Positions 9,248-18,967 of a stretch of DNA of 64,000 bases are shown piece by piece. Each line of letters starts with the position of its first letter. The stretch's first letter is position 1. The notes beneath the pieces are model-generated. The model was not told the origin of the DNA. It saw only the letters and a program-made list of their open reading frames with translations, and made no database searches. The stretch comes from a virus. The position numbers and the translations under genes are program-made. Location of the stretch: IMG/VR virus record IMGVR_UViG_3300045988_135485; one strand, given 5' to 3'.

Positions 9248-9707
9248 TACTTATATTACCTGGATTACAATGTTTCCTTTTACTGGCTTCAGACATGGAT
9301 TCAAAAATCTCTCCCGTTTCTACACATAGAACAGGTTTTCCATATAAAGCTGTCTGTGCTAACTTCATTTTTAAGTTTCTTAGACCATAGTTAGCATTAT
9401 AGAGGCTACTACACCATTCTAGATTTTCGACTTTGTTATTCAGTCTGTCCTCGTCTATATGGTTTACTTGTGGTAAATTATCAGGGTTAGGAATAAAAGC
9501 TTCTGCAACTAATCTGTGTATTTCTTTACCTTTATGAATAGGACGTTTATGGAAATTTATTTTTAAATAGCCGTTCGTACCTAAAAAAGGTTTTAGATTT
9601 CTTACTAAATGCTTTCTTGCATAATTCAAGCTTCTAACATTACCATAATTACTAATCTGATAATAACCTTCAAACCCTTTTATATCCTTCCATATCTCTT
9701 CTGTCAT
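9168..9707 (-). CDS. HNH homing endonuclease (free-standing)
   Basis: 179 aa with GFEGYYQISNYGNVRS N-terminal motif and VNHIDEDRLNNKVENLEW HNH core. Overlaps the polymerase 5' end. Confidence 0.75.
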   Translation of the reverse strand: MTEEIWKDIKGFEGYYQISNYGNVRSLNYARKHLVRNLKPFLGTNGYLKINFHKRPIHKGKEIHRLVAEAFIPNPDNLPQVNHIDEDRLNNKVENLEWCSSLYNANYGLRNLKMKLAQTALYGKPVLCVETGEIFESMSEASKRKHCNPGNISNVCNKRAYRTGGYHWKLVEKGDVKDN

Positions 9708-9720
9708 TTTATGTTTTTCC

Positions 9721-9780
9721 TAATAAAAAGGTGAGGATATAGGGGAAAAACTACTGTAAACAGTACCTATAGAGCCTCAC
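9721..9780 (-). terminator. rho-independent terminator upstream of HNH gene
   Basis: Reverse-strand hairpin GTGAGGCTCTATAGG...CCTATATCCTCAC followed by CTTTTTATT. Confidence 0.5.
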
Positions 9781-9862
9781 GAAGTGTTTTGTTTTTCCTA
9801 ATTTATAATAATATTGATTCTTTCTGAATGTCAAGCATTCTTTATTCTCTCCCAAGCTAAAA

Positions 9863-10486
9863 TTATTTTAAATGCTGTCCATCCTTCAGGCTTATTCTAC
9901 GAATTGTGAACTCATTAGGATTAGACGCATTATAATGCCTACTCCATATAAACCACCCATGATTATACATATTAGAGACGGTTTTTCCAGTATAACTATC
10001 TGCTCTCATCTTTAACCTTTCTTTTATAAGATATTCAGTCATCAGATGACCACCTGAAAGTATATCTTCTCTGGTTTTAGAACTTTCTGAATAAGCGTGT
10101 CTAAGAAGCATTATGATAACGTCAGCTCCATATTTGAAAGCTTGCCTAATATAATTATCAGCAATGGAATAAGGTGGGTTTGTTAAAACAATAAAGGGTT
10201 CTTTAGGGACATATTCCTCAGCGTGGAAGAAATCCACCCCTCCGATACCAACACCTCTATCAATCAGGTCGGTTTCCAGTATTTTATTAGAGAGATTATC
10301 TTTAAGAACCTTGGAAATAGCCCCTTTTCCGCAACTCGGTTCCCATATAGTATAAGCATAATGTATGCTTAAATTAGCCAATAAGGCTCTTGTAGCTTCC
10401 GGAGGTGTTTCGAAAAAATCCTCTTTAGGACGTTCATAGCCTTCAGTTGTAATGGTATATAAACCTTTAAAACCGTTATTTGCCAT
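9863..10486 (-). CDS. DNA methyltransferase (N6-adenine/N4-cytosine type, NPPY)
   Basis: 207 aa with motif I EPSCGKG and motif IV LTNPPYS. Confidence 0.7.
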   Translation of the reverse strand: MANNGFKGLYTITTEGYERPKEDFFETPPEATRALLANLSIHYAYTIWEPSCGKGAISKVLKDNLSNKILETDLIDRGVGIGGVDFFHAEEYVPKEPFIVLTNPPYSIADNYIRQAFKYGADVIIMLLRHAYSESSKTREDILSGGHLMTEYLIKERLKMRADSYTGKTVSNMYNHGWFIWSRHYNASNPNEFTIRRISLKDGQHLK

Positions 10487-10498
10487 TCTGACTGTCTC

Positions 10499-10783
10499 CT
10501 ATTTTACTTTCGGGTCTTCCAAAATCTCTCTGTCAACCAAGTCATACAAACGGTCAAAACCCTCATCGTCCCACTTATCTTTCTTTAACCTCTCTATTTC
10601 AGAAAGAATTTTCCGTTTAGCGAACGTTTGTTCTGTTATAAGCCTAAGTGCTTCATCTATTACATTAGTTGCTTTCCTAATCTTCACACTAGCGGGTGCC
10701 AGATTAAAAATAGTATCACTAAGATTATCCTTATATTTATCATTATAGTTATTACCATTATCGAAAGGATTCCACCAACTCAT
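10499..10783 (-). CDS. hypothetical protein
   Basis: 94 aa ORF in the operon. Confidence 0.4.
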   Translation of the reverse strand: MSWWNPFDNGNNYNDKYKDNLSDTIFNLAPASVKIRKATNVIDEALRLITEQTFAKRKILSEIERLKKDKWDDEGFDRLYDLVDREILEDPKVK

Positions 10784-10797
10784 ATTATTTCTCCCAA

Positions 10798-11646
10798 TTA
10801 AATTGTTAAACTAAAAGTTCCTAATTTTTCCTGAGCCACGTCTATCTGTCCATTTCCAGCAAAAAAGTGTTCCTGAATATCCTTAACCGGTACAGGAATA
10901 AAACTGACCAGATTGTACCATGTCTGTAATTCTCCCGAATGATAGGCATCGGCTATTTTATTGGCTAATACTTCCGACAGTTCCTCTGCTAATAGATTCT
11001 CAAGACTACCCTGCATACTCTGTAAAAGGTCACTAAATAAAACAAGGTCTTCTTCTTTTCCATATTCAAGATAGAAGAATACAGTTAAGAAATCTTTAGC
11101 ATAGTCACTTAACTTATTCCAAGCCGCTTCGCCGAACCCTTTCACTCCCGGTATATTATCAGAGGGGTCGCCGACTAACATTTTATAAGTCTTTACCCAT
11201 TTTGGCTCTACCGCTGGTTCTTTAAGCGTTCCTATATTTGGAGAGATTCTTAACTGTGTCAGGTCTCGGTCAGTGGACACAATGTCCATCTTATCGTCAT
11301 TAGAGGCCATTTTAACTGTAATAGTAGCTATAACGTCATCAGCTTCATATTCTGGAACCTCGACTGTTTTCACATTTATAGGAGCGTACTTAAGCAACTC
11401 CTTAAAAAACTTCATACCATCATAAATAGACTGGTCAGCAGGTTTCCTCTTCGCTTTATATGCAGGGTAAATAGCTTTCCTCTTTTTACGGGAATTGACA
11501 CCATCAAAGATACAGAAGATAAGGTCTTTCTGGTTCGCACCAGCAAGAATTTCCTGCCACAATGTAAAAAGAGAGGCACCGCCCATAGATTCTGCCATCT
11601 TTACGCGCAGCCAGTTATTCATATCGTAGATTAAAATTCTTCGCAT
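10798..11646 (-). CDS. 5'-3' exonuclease / flap endonuclease (T5 D15/PolI-N family)
   Basis: True start probably MRRILIYD (track ORF extends to 11814). IFDG..SRKKRKAIYPAYKAKR motif present. Confidence 0.7.
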   Translation of the reverse strand: MRRILIYDMNNWLRVKMAESMGGASLFTLWQEILAGANQKDLIFCIFDGVNSRKKRKAIYPAYKAKRKPADQSIYDGMKFFKELLKYAPINVKTVEVPEYEADDVIATITVKMASNDDKMDIVSTDRDLTQLRISPNIGTLKEPAVEPKWVKTYKMLVGDPSDNIPGVKGFGEAAWNKLSDYAKDFLTVFFYLEYGKEEDLVLFSDLLQSMQGSLENLLAEELSEVLANKIADAYHSGELQTWYNLVSFIPVPVKDIQEHFFAGNGQIDVAQEKLGTFSLTI

Positions 11647-11703
11647 TTTATTCTCCCAAGAGCTAACAAGAAACCGACAAAAAACCAACAGGAAAAAGCA
11701 AAT

Positions 11704-11737
11704 AGTTAAAAAAGGAGGGTAGTTCAGGCTACCCTCC
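11704..11737 (-). terminator. rho-independent terminator
   Basis: Perfect 9-bp stem GGAGGGTAG/CTACCCTCC followed by T6 on the reverse strand. Confidence 0.55.
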
Positions 11738-11755
11738 GCCGTCAATAAGGACAGT

Positions 11756-12613
11756 CTAGAAAGGTTCCGAAACCAAGCCCAGATTATGAGCCTGTTCAAA
11801 CGGAACATATTCAAAGTCTACCAAAGCCCAGTTATTAGAGTTTTTAGAAACATCTCTTCTGGTCAGTTTAACATAAACTTCTTCTCCGCGTTCTCTTACT
11901 TCCTGTGGCAGATTTCTGTAAAAGTCAACCCACGGCTTCCAGTTTGTCGTCGAGGTTGTATGACCGATTACAGTCCCGACTGCGGCAACGGTATTACCGG
12001 AGAAGCCCTTTACTTCTTTAATAACAGTCATTGGTAAATCAACGCAGTTATAGGGTCTCGCTTTCGGGTCTTTTTTCTGAATATCGGCAACAGCCTCCAG
12101 CCAAGAGCCACCGGAAAGACAAACTTTACCGTCAACGGTAGAAGCATAAGATACCGGCTGGCCGCCTTTAATAGACAACTTGGCAACTACATTGCTAAGG
12201 TTAATGGCTACATAAATTTCTTTATCACCAACAACATCGTTACCAATAAAGGTCTGTTGATATTTTACCTTCAAATAGTTATCTACAACCATCTGATTAG
12301 ACATAAGGTCATCCATCGTATAGGAAGTACCGTTAGCCGGGGCTGCCATCGCTTGATTGGAAACATTATTTGTCGGGATATTTGCTGCTACGGGAGCTGT
12401 TACAGGAGCTGTTACAGGAGCTGCTACAGGAGCATTCATAAGTCCTGCTGCTGGGGGAATCGGAGCAGAGACCGGAGCTGCGGCCTGCTGAGCTAAAGCC
12501 TGAGAATTTTGATAAGCTTTATAAATTTCCCAATCAGCTGAATCTTCCGGACCCGGAACATTGCCTGTTTGTAAAAGCTGGTTGAAGTAATTAATTTTTT
12601 CAGGTGTCAACAT
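11756..12613 (-). CDS. hypothetical protein with Pro/Ala-rich linker (possible ssDNA-binding protein)
   Basis: 285 aa with APVTAPVTAPVAA repeats (DNA 12-nt tandem at about 12370-12440) and C-terminal ...SEPF tail reminiscent of SSB tails. Confidence 0.35.
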   Translation of the reverse strand: MLTPEKINYFNQLLQTGNVPGPEDSADWEIYKAYQNSQALAQQAAAPVSAPIPPAAGLMNAPVAAPVTAPVTAPVAANIPTNNVSNQAMAAPANGTSYTMDDLMSNQMVVDNYLKVKYQQTFIGNDVVGDKEIYVAINLSNVVAKLSIKGGQPVSYASTVDGKVCLSGGSWLEAVADIQKKDPKARPYNCVDLPMTVIKEVKGFSGNTVAAVGTVIGHTTSTTNWKPWVDFYRNLPQEVRERGEEVYVKLTRRDVSKNSNNWALVDFEYVPFEQAHNLGLVSEPF

Positions 12614-12809
12614 ATTATTTTCCTTTCAATATGTTTGTTCGGTTTGTTCAATTTTGGTGGGAGGGTCATAAAGGCGCAAATTCCCTTTCCGTATTCCCTC
12701 CCATATTTCTGGTTCCTGCCAGTTGGTTTACTGACTTTAGCCGTCTCTAGGTATGGAACCAAAATACCTATCACCTCTTATCGACGGTTAATTGATGACG
12801 AGATAATCT

Positions 12810-13055
12810 TTACAGCTTAGTATTCTTCTTGTCAAGTAAAAAATTTAATAATTTATTAACTTTTCCCTGTTTTTTCTTCAACTTTTCTTTCAATAACTCA
12901 TTTACTATTAAATTGGCTACTATCCAAGAAGTATAACCGATGTCTTTAGTTTCGTTTAGGTCTTCTTCAGCATACATAATCCCTCTCTGGATAGCTAATA
13001 AAAGGTCATTCTTCTTAATGATTATTTCCTCACCATTAAATCTTTCATCTAACAT
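12810..13055 (-). CDS. hypothetical protein
   Basis: 81 aa ORF. Confidence 0.4.
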   Translation of the reverse strand: MLDERFNGEEIIIKKNDLLLAIQRGIMYAEEDLNETKDIGYTSWIVANLIVNELLKEKLKKKQGKVNKLLNFLLDKKNTKL

Positions 13056-13824
13056 CTATCTTCTCCTTTATGGCCCTTTGTTCTCTTTCAGTAGGAGTAT
13101 TATAAGCGGCGATTCCTGATTCGTTATACATTACTTGTCCTTTGTCTGTGGATAACTCGAATTTGTAAGTATAATCTCCTTCCGTATGTTCTTTTAAACA
13201 ATAGGCTATAGAATTGTCTACGAGTTTATAAAAATGTCCTACTTCCGGCTTTATTTTCTTTCTGCGTAAGACATACCAGTAATCTGAAGAAGTATCAATA
13301 GCAGCATTAACCATAAGCAGGTTACTTTCTCCTGTAAAATCATCTTTGTAAAAACGGCACAGGATATTGTCTTGTAATTTATAGAAGAAGTTAGAGCCTT
13401 TGCAAAAAACAGTAGAGCCTTTAGATAATTCGTATGTAATAGTATCTTTAGAGATAAAAACTTTCTCAAAACCATTAAATGTCTCTTGTGGGGGGGTCAT
13501 TTCTTTCTCAAATTCGATATTACTGGAACTATCGTTTTGGCTATTGTTTTGGCTGTTGCAATAGGCATCATAAAGAGATGTACTGGAAGAATTATTATAA
13601 GATTCATCTGATACTTCTCCTTTACCTTTTTCCATAAGCCTAAGCATAAATTCTCTTACCTTATCATTTCTTATGCTTGTCTCTTTTCGCGTTAAAATGT
13701 TAAGAACTGTACCATAACAAATTCCTTCGTCTTTACACAGTCCTTTTAAAGAATTATAGCCTTCTGCCTTTAATCCTTTATAGATTGCATCTCTATCAAT
13801 ATTGTAAACCCTATATTTTCTCAT
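13045..13824 (-). CDS. hypothetical protein with N-terminal HTH-like region
   Basis: 259 aa with ICYGTVLNILTRK near the N-terminus. Confidence 0.45.
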   Translation of the reverse strand: MRKYRVYNIDRDAIYKGLKAEGYNSLKGLCKDEGICYGTVLNILTRKETSIRNDKVREFMLRLMEKGKGEVSDESYNNSSSTSLYDAYCNSQNNSQNDSSSNIEFEKEMTPPQETFNGFEKVFISKDTITYELSKGSTVFCKGSNFFYKLQDNILCRFYKDDFTGESNLLMVNAAIDTSSDYWYVLRRKKIKPEVGHFYKLVDNSIAYCLKEHTEGDYTYKFELSTDKGQVMYNESGIAAYNTPTEREQRAIKEKIDVR

Positions 13825-13994
13825 ATTAATTCTCCTTTATAATTCTACTTATAACTCTACTTGTAACTCTCACAATTCTTTTTCAAAGACTACGACCATA
13901 AATAATAGGTCAATTTCAAAGACCGCAGTCTCTTCCAATTCATACCAACAAAAACCAAAAAGAAGTCCGTTTTGCAAAAAACCAAATCTAACTG

Positions 13995-14159
13995 TCATAA
14001 TCTTTTACTCCATCTTAATCCATTTTTATTCATATAACGCATAAGCCAAAGAATATGCTTATCACTAAGCACAGGAAATAGCTCATTACCATAATAATCA
14101 ACTAAATTTATGTGCTTATATTTTATAGCTCTACATAAAATAAGATATTTTTTATTCAT
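13995..14159 (-). CDS. small ORF (54 aa), below the 60-aa cutoff
   Basis: ATGA start/stop overlap with the upstream gene. Reads MNKKYLILCRAIKYK... Confidence 0.3.
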   Translation of the reverse strand: MNKKYLILCRAIKYKHINLVDYYGNELFPVLSDKHILWLMRYMNKNGLRWSKRL

Positions 14160-14494
14160 TGTTCTTCACTTTTCCTTAGTATAGTATTGATACGTTTTAA
14201 TAATTTTTCATCCTCTTCATGACCAACAGTGGTCATTTCCATACAAAGAAGAACTCTTTCTTTACACTCTTTCAACAAATCTAAAAGTTCACCATATCTA
14301 TTTACTTTATCAACAAAATCTTGCAAACTTGAACAACCCGGACATTCTACTTTATCGCCGTTCGGGAATCGAAAAGCGAAAGTAAAATTTAAATTATTTA
14401 CTGTAGTCACAAGCCTACCATCAGTTTTAAAATATTCAGTAGTATCTGCACCTTTTCTTACCAATAATCTTTCATCAGTCATTTTTTTTCTCAC
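14156..14494 (-). CDS. hypothetical protein
   Basis: 112 aa ORF; likely start MTDERLL. Confidence 0.45.
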   Translation of the reverse strand: MRKKMTDERLLVRKGADTTEYFKTDGRLVTTVNNLNFTFAFRFPNGDKVECPGCSSLQDFVDKVNRYGELLDLLKECKERVLLCMEMTTVGHEEDEKLLKRINTILRKSEEQ

Positions 14495-14598
14495 TTTCTA
14501 GTAAACCACCAAATTAAAAATGTTATGCAGAGAATTAATACTATTACTGCATAGGATTCCTCTGTTGCAGGACAAACACATTTACCGTAAGTTATCAT
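14491..14598 (-). CDS. small membrane protein (35 aa), below cutoff
   Basis: GAGGAAAAG 5 nt upstream of ATG. CxC motif plus TM helix VIVLILCITFLIWWF. Confidence 0.3.
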   Translation of the reverse strand: MITYGKCVCPATEESYAVIVLILCITFLIWWFTRK

Positions 14599-14610
14599 CT
14601 TTTCCTCACT

Positions 14611-14970
14611 TTACTTCAAAAAATTGAATTTCTTAAAGAAACTGAATATTTTATCAAGTGTCATCAGCTTTTCTCTTTCTTTCAACTGGATGCAAGCCTT
14701 AACCTGTTCCTGAAATTTTTTCTCGGCCTTGAAAAACAGAGGGACGGGAACGAGTAATTTTCTTTCAATGTAGATTGTATCTCCGTTGGGCATTTCCACA
14801 AAAGTACGTTCTCCAGTTCCATCGTTAGAAAAAAGTCCCTTCACCAAGTCAATTTTCTCTCTGACAACCATTTTCCCAGAAGTTTTAAATTCCGTAAATG
14901 CTATGTGTATATCTGCAATAGCCTTAAACTTTTTCGGGAGAAAAAAGTATTTATACTTATACTGGTTCAT
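14611..14970 (-). CDS. hypothetical protein
   Basis: 119 aa ORF. Confidence 0.45.
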   Translation of the reverse strand: MNQYKYKYFFLPKKFKAIADIHIAFTEFKTSGKMVVREKIDLVKGLFSNDGTGERTFVEMPNGDTIYIERKLLVPVPLFFKAEKKFQEQVKACIQLKEREKLMTLDKIFSFFKKFNFLK

Positions 14971-15275
14971 TTTTCCTCACTTTCATGTTTAGCGATACAA
15001 AACCTTTTAACCGCAGATGTTATCCGAATAACGTCTTCGGTATCACAATTAAAGGTAATCCCTCTTGCGACCATTTCCAAAAGGTTAAACATTTGTTTAT
15101 TTTCCTCCTTTAATCGCTGCAACTCGTCATAATCACAAGGCGCGAGAACTTCTATAACATCTTCATGTTCACAAAATGCCCAAAGTTTCACATCTGACCG
15201 CCACCAAGCAAGTACAACTCTGTTATCTTTTAATTTTACGAAATAATATCCTAATTTCCGTGTGTTATCGTTCAT
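14967..15275 (-). CDS. hypothetical protein
   Basis: 102 aa ORF; ATGA overlap. Confidence 0.45.
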   Translation of the reverse strand: MNDNTRKLGYYFVKLKDNRVVLAWWRSDVKLWAFCEHEDVIEVLAPCDYDELQRLKEENKQMFNLLEMVARGITFNCDTEDVIRITSAVKRFCIAKHESEEK

Positions 15276-15898
15276 TTTTCCTCACTTTCACCGAGAGCGA
15301 CTTTAATTTGTGGATAAAGCAGGTTTTCGTGACTATCAGTATATCCCCAGATGTCGATATAGCGCAGGCACTCTTTCAGCAATCCTCGAAGTTTTTCAAT
15401 TTCTGACCGCTGGTTTGTAATAATACCTTTGGCTTCATAATTAAGCTTTTCCCGTTCCTCAACCTCAGTCCTAAGTTTGATAATACTATCACTCTGAACT
15501 GTCTGATACCAACGAGAAGATTCTAGGTCTATTCTTTGGTCAGCAACTTTTTCTTTAAGTTCATCAAGCTCTTTTTTCAGCTGTTCCTTATCATCAAGAA
15601 GCTTATTAACTATTTCACAAGCAGTATCATAGTCAATCGGTTTACCGACATAGCTTGTAACAACACGTCTAAGTTTAACAAGCTCTGCTCGCATAACCAT
15701 ATACTTGCCATAGGTAGGAACGTGAGAAAGGATTTTAACACAGTTGGCAGGATTTAATCTGTCCCATCGACTTACAAAAATATTTTTATTTATATCTTGA
15801 TAATAAAAATATCCTCTGCTGTATTTATTAAGCTTCCATTCATTTGTTAGCTTCTTTGATAATTTCTCTGCTGCTTTTTTATTAAATGTTTTAACCAT
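15272..15898 (-). CDS. hypothetical coiled-coil protein
   Basis: 208 aa ORF. Confidence 0.45.
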   Translation of the reverse strand: MVKTFNKKAAEKLSKKLTNEWKLNKYSRGYFYYQDINKNIFVSRWDRLNPANCVKILSHVPTYGKYMVMRAELVKLRRVVTSYVGKPIDYDTACEIVNKLLDDKEQLKKELDELKEKVADQRIDLESSRWYQTVQSDSIIKLRTEVEEREKLNYEAKGIITNQRSEIEKLRGLLKECLRYIDIWGYTDSHENLLYPQIKVALGESEEK

Positions 15899-16233
15899 TA
15901 AATATCCTCCTTATCTAATCCTAGAACTTCATAAACTTTTATCATTTGTTCCAACGTGGGGTTAATATTACGGAATTTGTGGAAAAGAGCTTTAAACATC
16001 TTATCAGCCTGTCTATTGTCTTTAGCTGCTTGTTCACTTTCCCAGAGATGACCATGCGGGTATTCTCCGCGATAATTGGTTTCTTTATCGAATTTTCCGT
16101 GCCAACCATATTTTTCAACTGTATAATATAAACGACCCACTTTCTCAATTGTACAGTTAAAGCCTTTATCTCTCGGGTCTGATGGTTCAAACCATACTTC
16201 TTGACCTACTTTAAACATCTTTCTTATCCTCAT
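15898..16233 (-). CDS. hypothetical protein
   Basis: 111 aa ORF. Confidence 0.45.
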   Translation of the reverse strand: MRIRKMFKVGQEVWFEPSDPRDKGFNCTIEKVGRLYYTVEKYGWHGKFDKETNYRGEYPHGHLWESEQAAKDNRQADKMFKALFHKFRNINPTLEQMIKVYEVLGLDKEDI

Positions 16234-16612
16234 AAAAATTTACTTCATCTCTGCGGACGGGGCGGCAGTGGTCAAAATAAGTTACAGCAACATTCTTGCC
16301 TTTATACCTGCCGAATTGGCTTTCCCAAGAATCATAATCAGCTAATAGTCCGGCTACTTTCTTTTCTTCTTCCAAATCCCAAAACCAGCAAAGGCACTTG
16401 TGGTCAATGATATATTGCCAGTCTGGCTCTGGGTCTTGGTGTAGCTCCCATCGGTTTGAAAAAATATCACTTACGGATAAACTACAAAGAAAATCATTAT
16501 CAGTAGCAACTAAACTACCTTTTTTTTGAATATACTTGTCTTTTTCCCAATTATTACATCTAATCTTTGCCCCTTTTCTGAACTCGGGCAGCAGTTCTTC
16601 TAAATATGTCAT
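16211..16612 (-). CDS. hypothetical protein
   Basis: 133 aa ORF. Confidence 0.45.
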   Translation of the reverse strand: MTYLEELLPEFRKGAKIRCNNWEKDKYIQKKGSLVATDNDFLCSLSVSDIFSNRWELHQDPEPDWQYIIDHKCLCWFWDLEEEKKVAGLLADYDSWESQFGRYKGKNVAVTYFDHCRPVRRDEVNFYEDKKDV

Positions 16613-16869
16613 TATTTACCTACCTTTCGTAACGACGTTTCCCAATCATCAACGGGGATAATATCAAATATATCATTTAACCTAATTACCGGTGTGGTTA
16701 TAAAGGCACCCCAATATCCCTCAAACCAATATTTAACTGGCTCTTCTGAATACCAAAACCAAATTTTATCTCCATCCATAGCCACCCAGCCCGAGCGCAT
16801 TTTAGGCGCTATATCCCGCATAAATTCATCAATCGACATTGTCTTTAATATCCTAAAAAAATTAAACAT
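16612..16869 (-). CDS. hypothetical protein
   Basis: 85 aa ORF. Confidence 0.4.
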   Translation of the reverse strand: MFNFFRILKTMSIDEFMRDIAPKMRSGWVAMDGDKIWFWYSEEPVKYWFEGYWGAFITTPVIRLNDIFDIIPVDDWETSLRKVGK

Positions 16870-16985
16870 TGCTTTTGGGGGTTGAATATTCTCATAAGAT
16901 AAAGAATTGAGAACACCTCATGCTCGTACAACCAGCCGCCTCCAAGCGCATATTTATTATTTGGGAGTTTGTCGAGATATTTAGA

Positions 16986-17453
16986 TCACATTAAATTTGA
17001 TTTTGCAGAACTTAACAATCTGTCGAACTGCGACCTTTTATCAAATTCATCAGAACTTTCTTCTTGCATAAGGCCTTGATAGTGAGCCTGTACTTTTTCT
17101 TTAAAAATTGTTGCTAATGCTTGCAAAATACCCGGTTTTGCAATAAAAAGTTCATTTTCCTGATTGTAATATTCATGAATTTCTTTATTGCGGAACAAAG
17201 GCCTCATAAAAGGTTTTAACCTATTTCTATAGTCAATATATTTTCCCATTTCAAAAGCTTCCTCTGCTCCAGCCTCTTCTAAAACATCACCCCAATACGG
17301 CAGTTCTTCACCCTCAAAAGGCTTTTGTTTAGAGAATTCCCATAGTTCAGCTTTCATCATTTTACGGATTTTGTTAATGTCTTTTTTGTTCGCGACATAC
17401 AAATAATTTCTATATCCCATTAGTCTTGCTCCTTCATACAAAATATTCCACAT
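16986..17453 (-). CDS. hypothetical protein
   Basis: 155 aa ORF overlapping the PAPS-reductase gene end. Confidence 0.45.
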   Translation of the reverse strand: MWNILYEGARLMGYRNYLYVANKKDINKIRKMMKAELWEFSKQKPFEGEELPYWGDVLEEAGAEEAFEMGKYIDYRNRLKPFMRPLFRNKEIHEYYNQENELFIAKPGILQALATIFKEKVQAHYQGLMQEESSDEFDKRSQFDRLLSSAKSNLM

Positions 17454-18196
17454 TCAACATAACAATCTTTAGGTTTTCTCCCTTTCATATCGGGGCTTAA
17501 TTCGTCTAAGAAAATATGCCGAGGATTTTTATTTGCTCCCAAATCAACCAAACGGCACCCTAAACGGCGAGATTGTTCTGCGCGTTTTTTAAAAACATCA
17601 GGGAAGTTTTTACGCACTAAATTCCAATACCAAACAGAACCTGATTTTACACACCCTATACAGTTGGCATTTGGGAACTCGTATTTGGTATATATTTCAG
17701 GAAGTTTAATCCCTGCGCTTTCCATTTCAGCAAAACAACGATGTTTATCGTATCCATTGTAAATAAGTGGACATTCAAGAGTATATCCGATGTTCTTTTT
17801 GCTTTTTCTGAATCCTTCTGCACGCTTTTCTTCGCCCTTGGTATATCCCATAACAATAATATCTTTTTCTTTATCAAAGTTGTTTTTTCTTTCCCACTCC
17901 ATACGCGCTACCTGCTTAAGTTCAAACGTGCAAGGCGCAAATCCTGATGCGTTACTGACAAACTCATAATCTTCAAATACTTCTTCGATGTCGCAGTTCT
18001 CATAACACGGGTTTATTGCTTTTTCTATTTTAACTCCAAGCCATTTTTCACAGTCTTTTAAGAAACGAATATTATCTTGATGTTCGTTTGCTACTGGATT
18101 ATTTACTACGCGGATATTGTCTTTGTCATACTTCTCAATAGCAAGTTTCGTCGCTACTGCACTTGCAGCCCCGCAAGAAAAATAACAAACAATCAT
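17420..18196 (-). CDS. PAPS reductase-like (PP-loop ATP pyrophosphatase family) protein
   Basis: 258 aa. N-terminal CYFSCGAASAV P-loop-like motif and Cys-rich C-terminus. Confidence 0.75.
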   Translation of the reverse strand: MIVCYFSCGAASAVATKLAIEKYDKDNIRVVNNPVANEHQDNIRFLKDCEKWLGVKIEKAINPCYENCDIEEVFEDYEFVSNASGFAPCTFELKQVARMEWERKNNFDKEKDIIVMGYTKGEEKRAEGFRKSKKNIGYTLECPLIYNGYDKHRCFAEMESAGIKLPEIYTKYEFPNANCIGCVKSGSVWYWNLVRKNFPDVFKKRAEQSRRLGCRLVDLGANKNPRHIFLDELSPDMKGRKPKDCYVECGIFCMKEQD

Positions 18197-18420
18197 TCCT
18201 TAAACTCCTTGCTATTAACTGCCTCTTGCCAAGTCGGGTATTCTGCAATCAGTTTTAATTCTGTTTGAACTGTCTTTTTCCAAAGCCTTTCTGTATACCC
18301 GTTTGGAAATATGAAATATACCCAGCTAAAAGGTGATTTTGTTTCATCAACCCGTATCACCACAACGCGTCCTTTTGTTACTGCTAATTCAAAAATTTGT
18401 CCTACTTTAATCATCGCCAT
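18193..18420 (-). CDS. hypothetical protein
   Basis: 75 aa; AAGGAG upstream. Confidence 0.45.
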   Translation of the reverse strand: MAMIKVGQIFELAVTKGRVVVIRVDETKSPFSWVYFIFPNGYTERLWKKTVQTELKLIAEYPTWQEAVNSKEFKE

Positions 18421-18433
18421 AATCTCCTTGTTA

Positions 18434-18586
18434 TTAAAAAGACCTAAAAAAAATAAGGGCTATAAAGTCCAGAAATAAAAGCTCAATCATTCCTGCTAAA
18501 AGATAGATTAGATATTCATCATTAAATCTTCTTCTTTGTAAAATGTCACAAATTATACAAAGAAGAAGAACCGTCCATATAATCAT
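18434..18586 (-). CDS. small two-TM membrane protein (50 aa), below cutoff
   Basis: GGAGAAAAAGCT upstream; ATGA overlap with the upstream stop. Reads MIIWTVLLLCIICDIL...IALIFF. Confidence 0.35.
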   Translation of the reverse strand: MIIWTVLLLCIICDILQRRRFNDEYLIYLLAGMIELLFLDFIALIFFRSF

Positions 18587-18822
18587 AGCTTTTTCTCCTT
18601 TCCACATTTAGCACAAACTACTTTATAATGAGGACATTTTTTACATCTTCGAAAAAAGCAACCGGTACAATCTGGGTTTCCTTCACAGACATTAATCCAC
18701 TCATGCCTACAAAGTAATTTCTTAACCCAACTGGTAATTTTTGGTCTAGTCCCAAAAAGCTTTTTCTTTCTTTCAAGCATTAGTGTCGACATCTTCTTTC
18801 TTCTCCAAACACCCATCTTCAT
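18583..18822 (-). CDS. Cys-rich zinc-finger protein
   Basis: 79 aa with multiple CxxC motifs. Confidence 0.45.
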   Translation of the reverse strand: MKMGVWRRKKMSTLMLERKKKLFGTRPKITSWVKKLLCRHEWINVCEGNPDCTGCFFRRCKKCPHYKVVCAKCGKEKKL

Positions 18823-18967
18823 TATATTTTCTCTTAGGAAAAATACCGTTAGGATAGGTAATGTCTATTACTTCTCCACAGTTAGGGCAAACTATTGTTG
18901 GAACTAACAAGGGAAGGTCTATCTTATTAAAGCATTTTGGACACTGGATTGTTCCATAATTATCCAT
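18773..18967 (-). CDS. zinc-ribbon protein
   Basis: 64 aa with CPKC...CPNC. Confidence 0.4.
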   Translation of the reverse strand: MDNYGTIQCPKCFNKIDLPLLVPTIVCPNCGEVIDITYPNGIFPKRKYNEDGCLEKKEDVDTNA

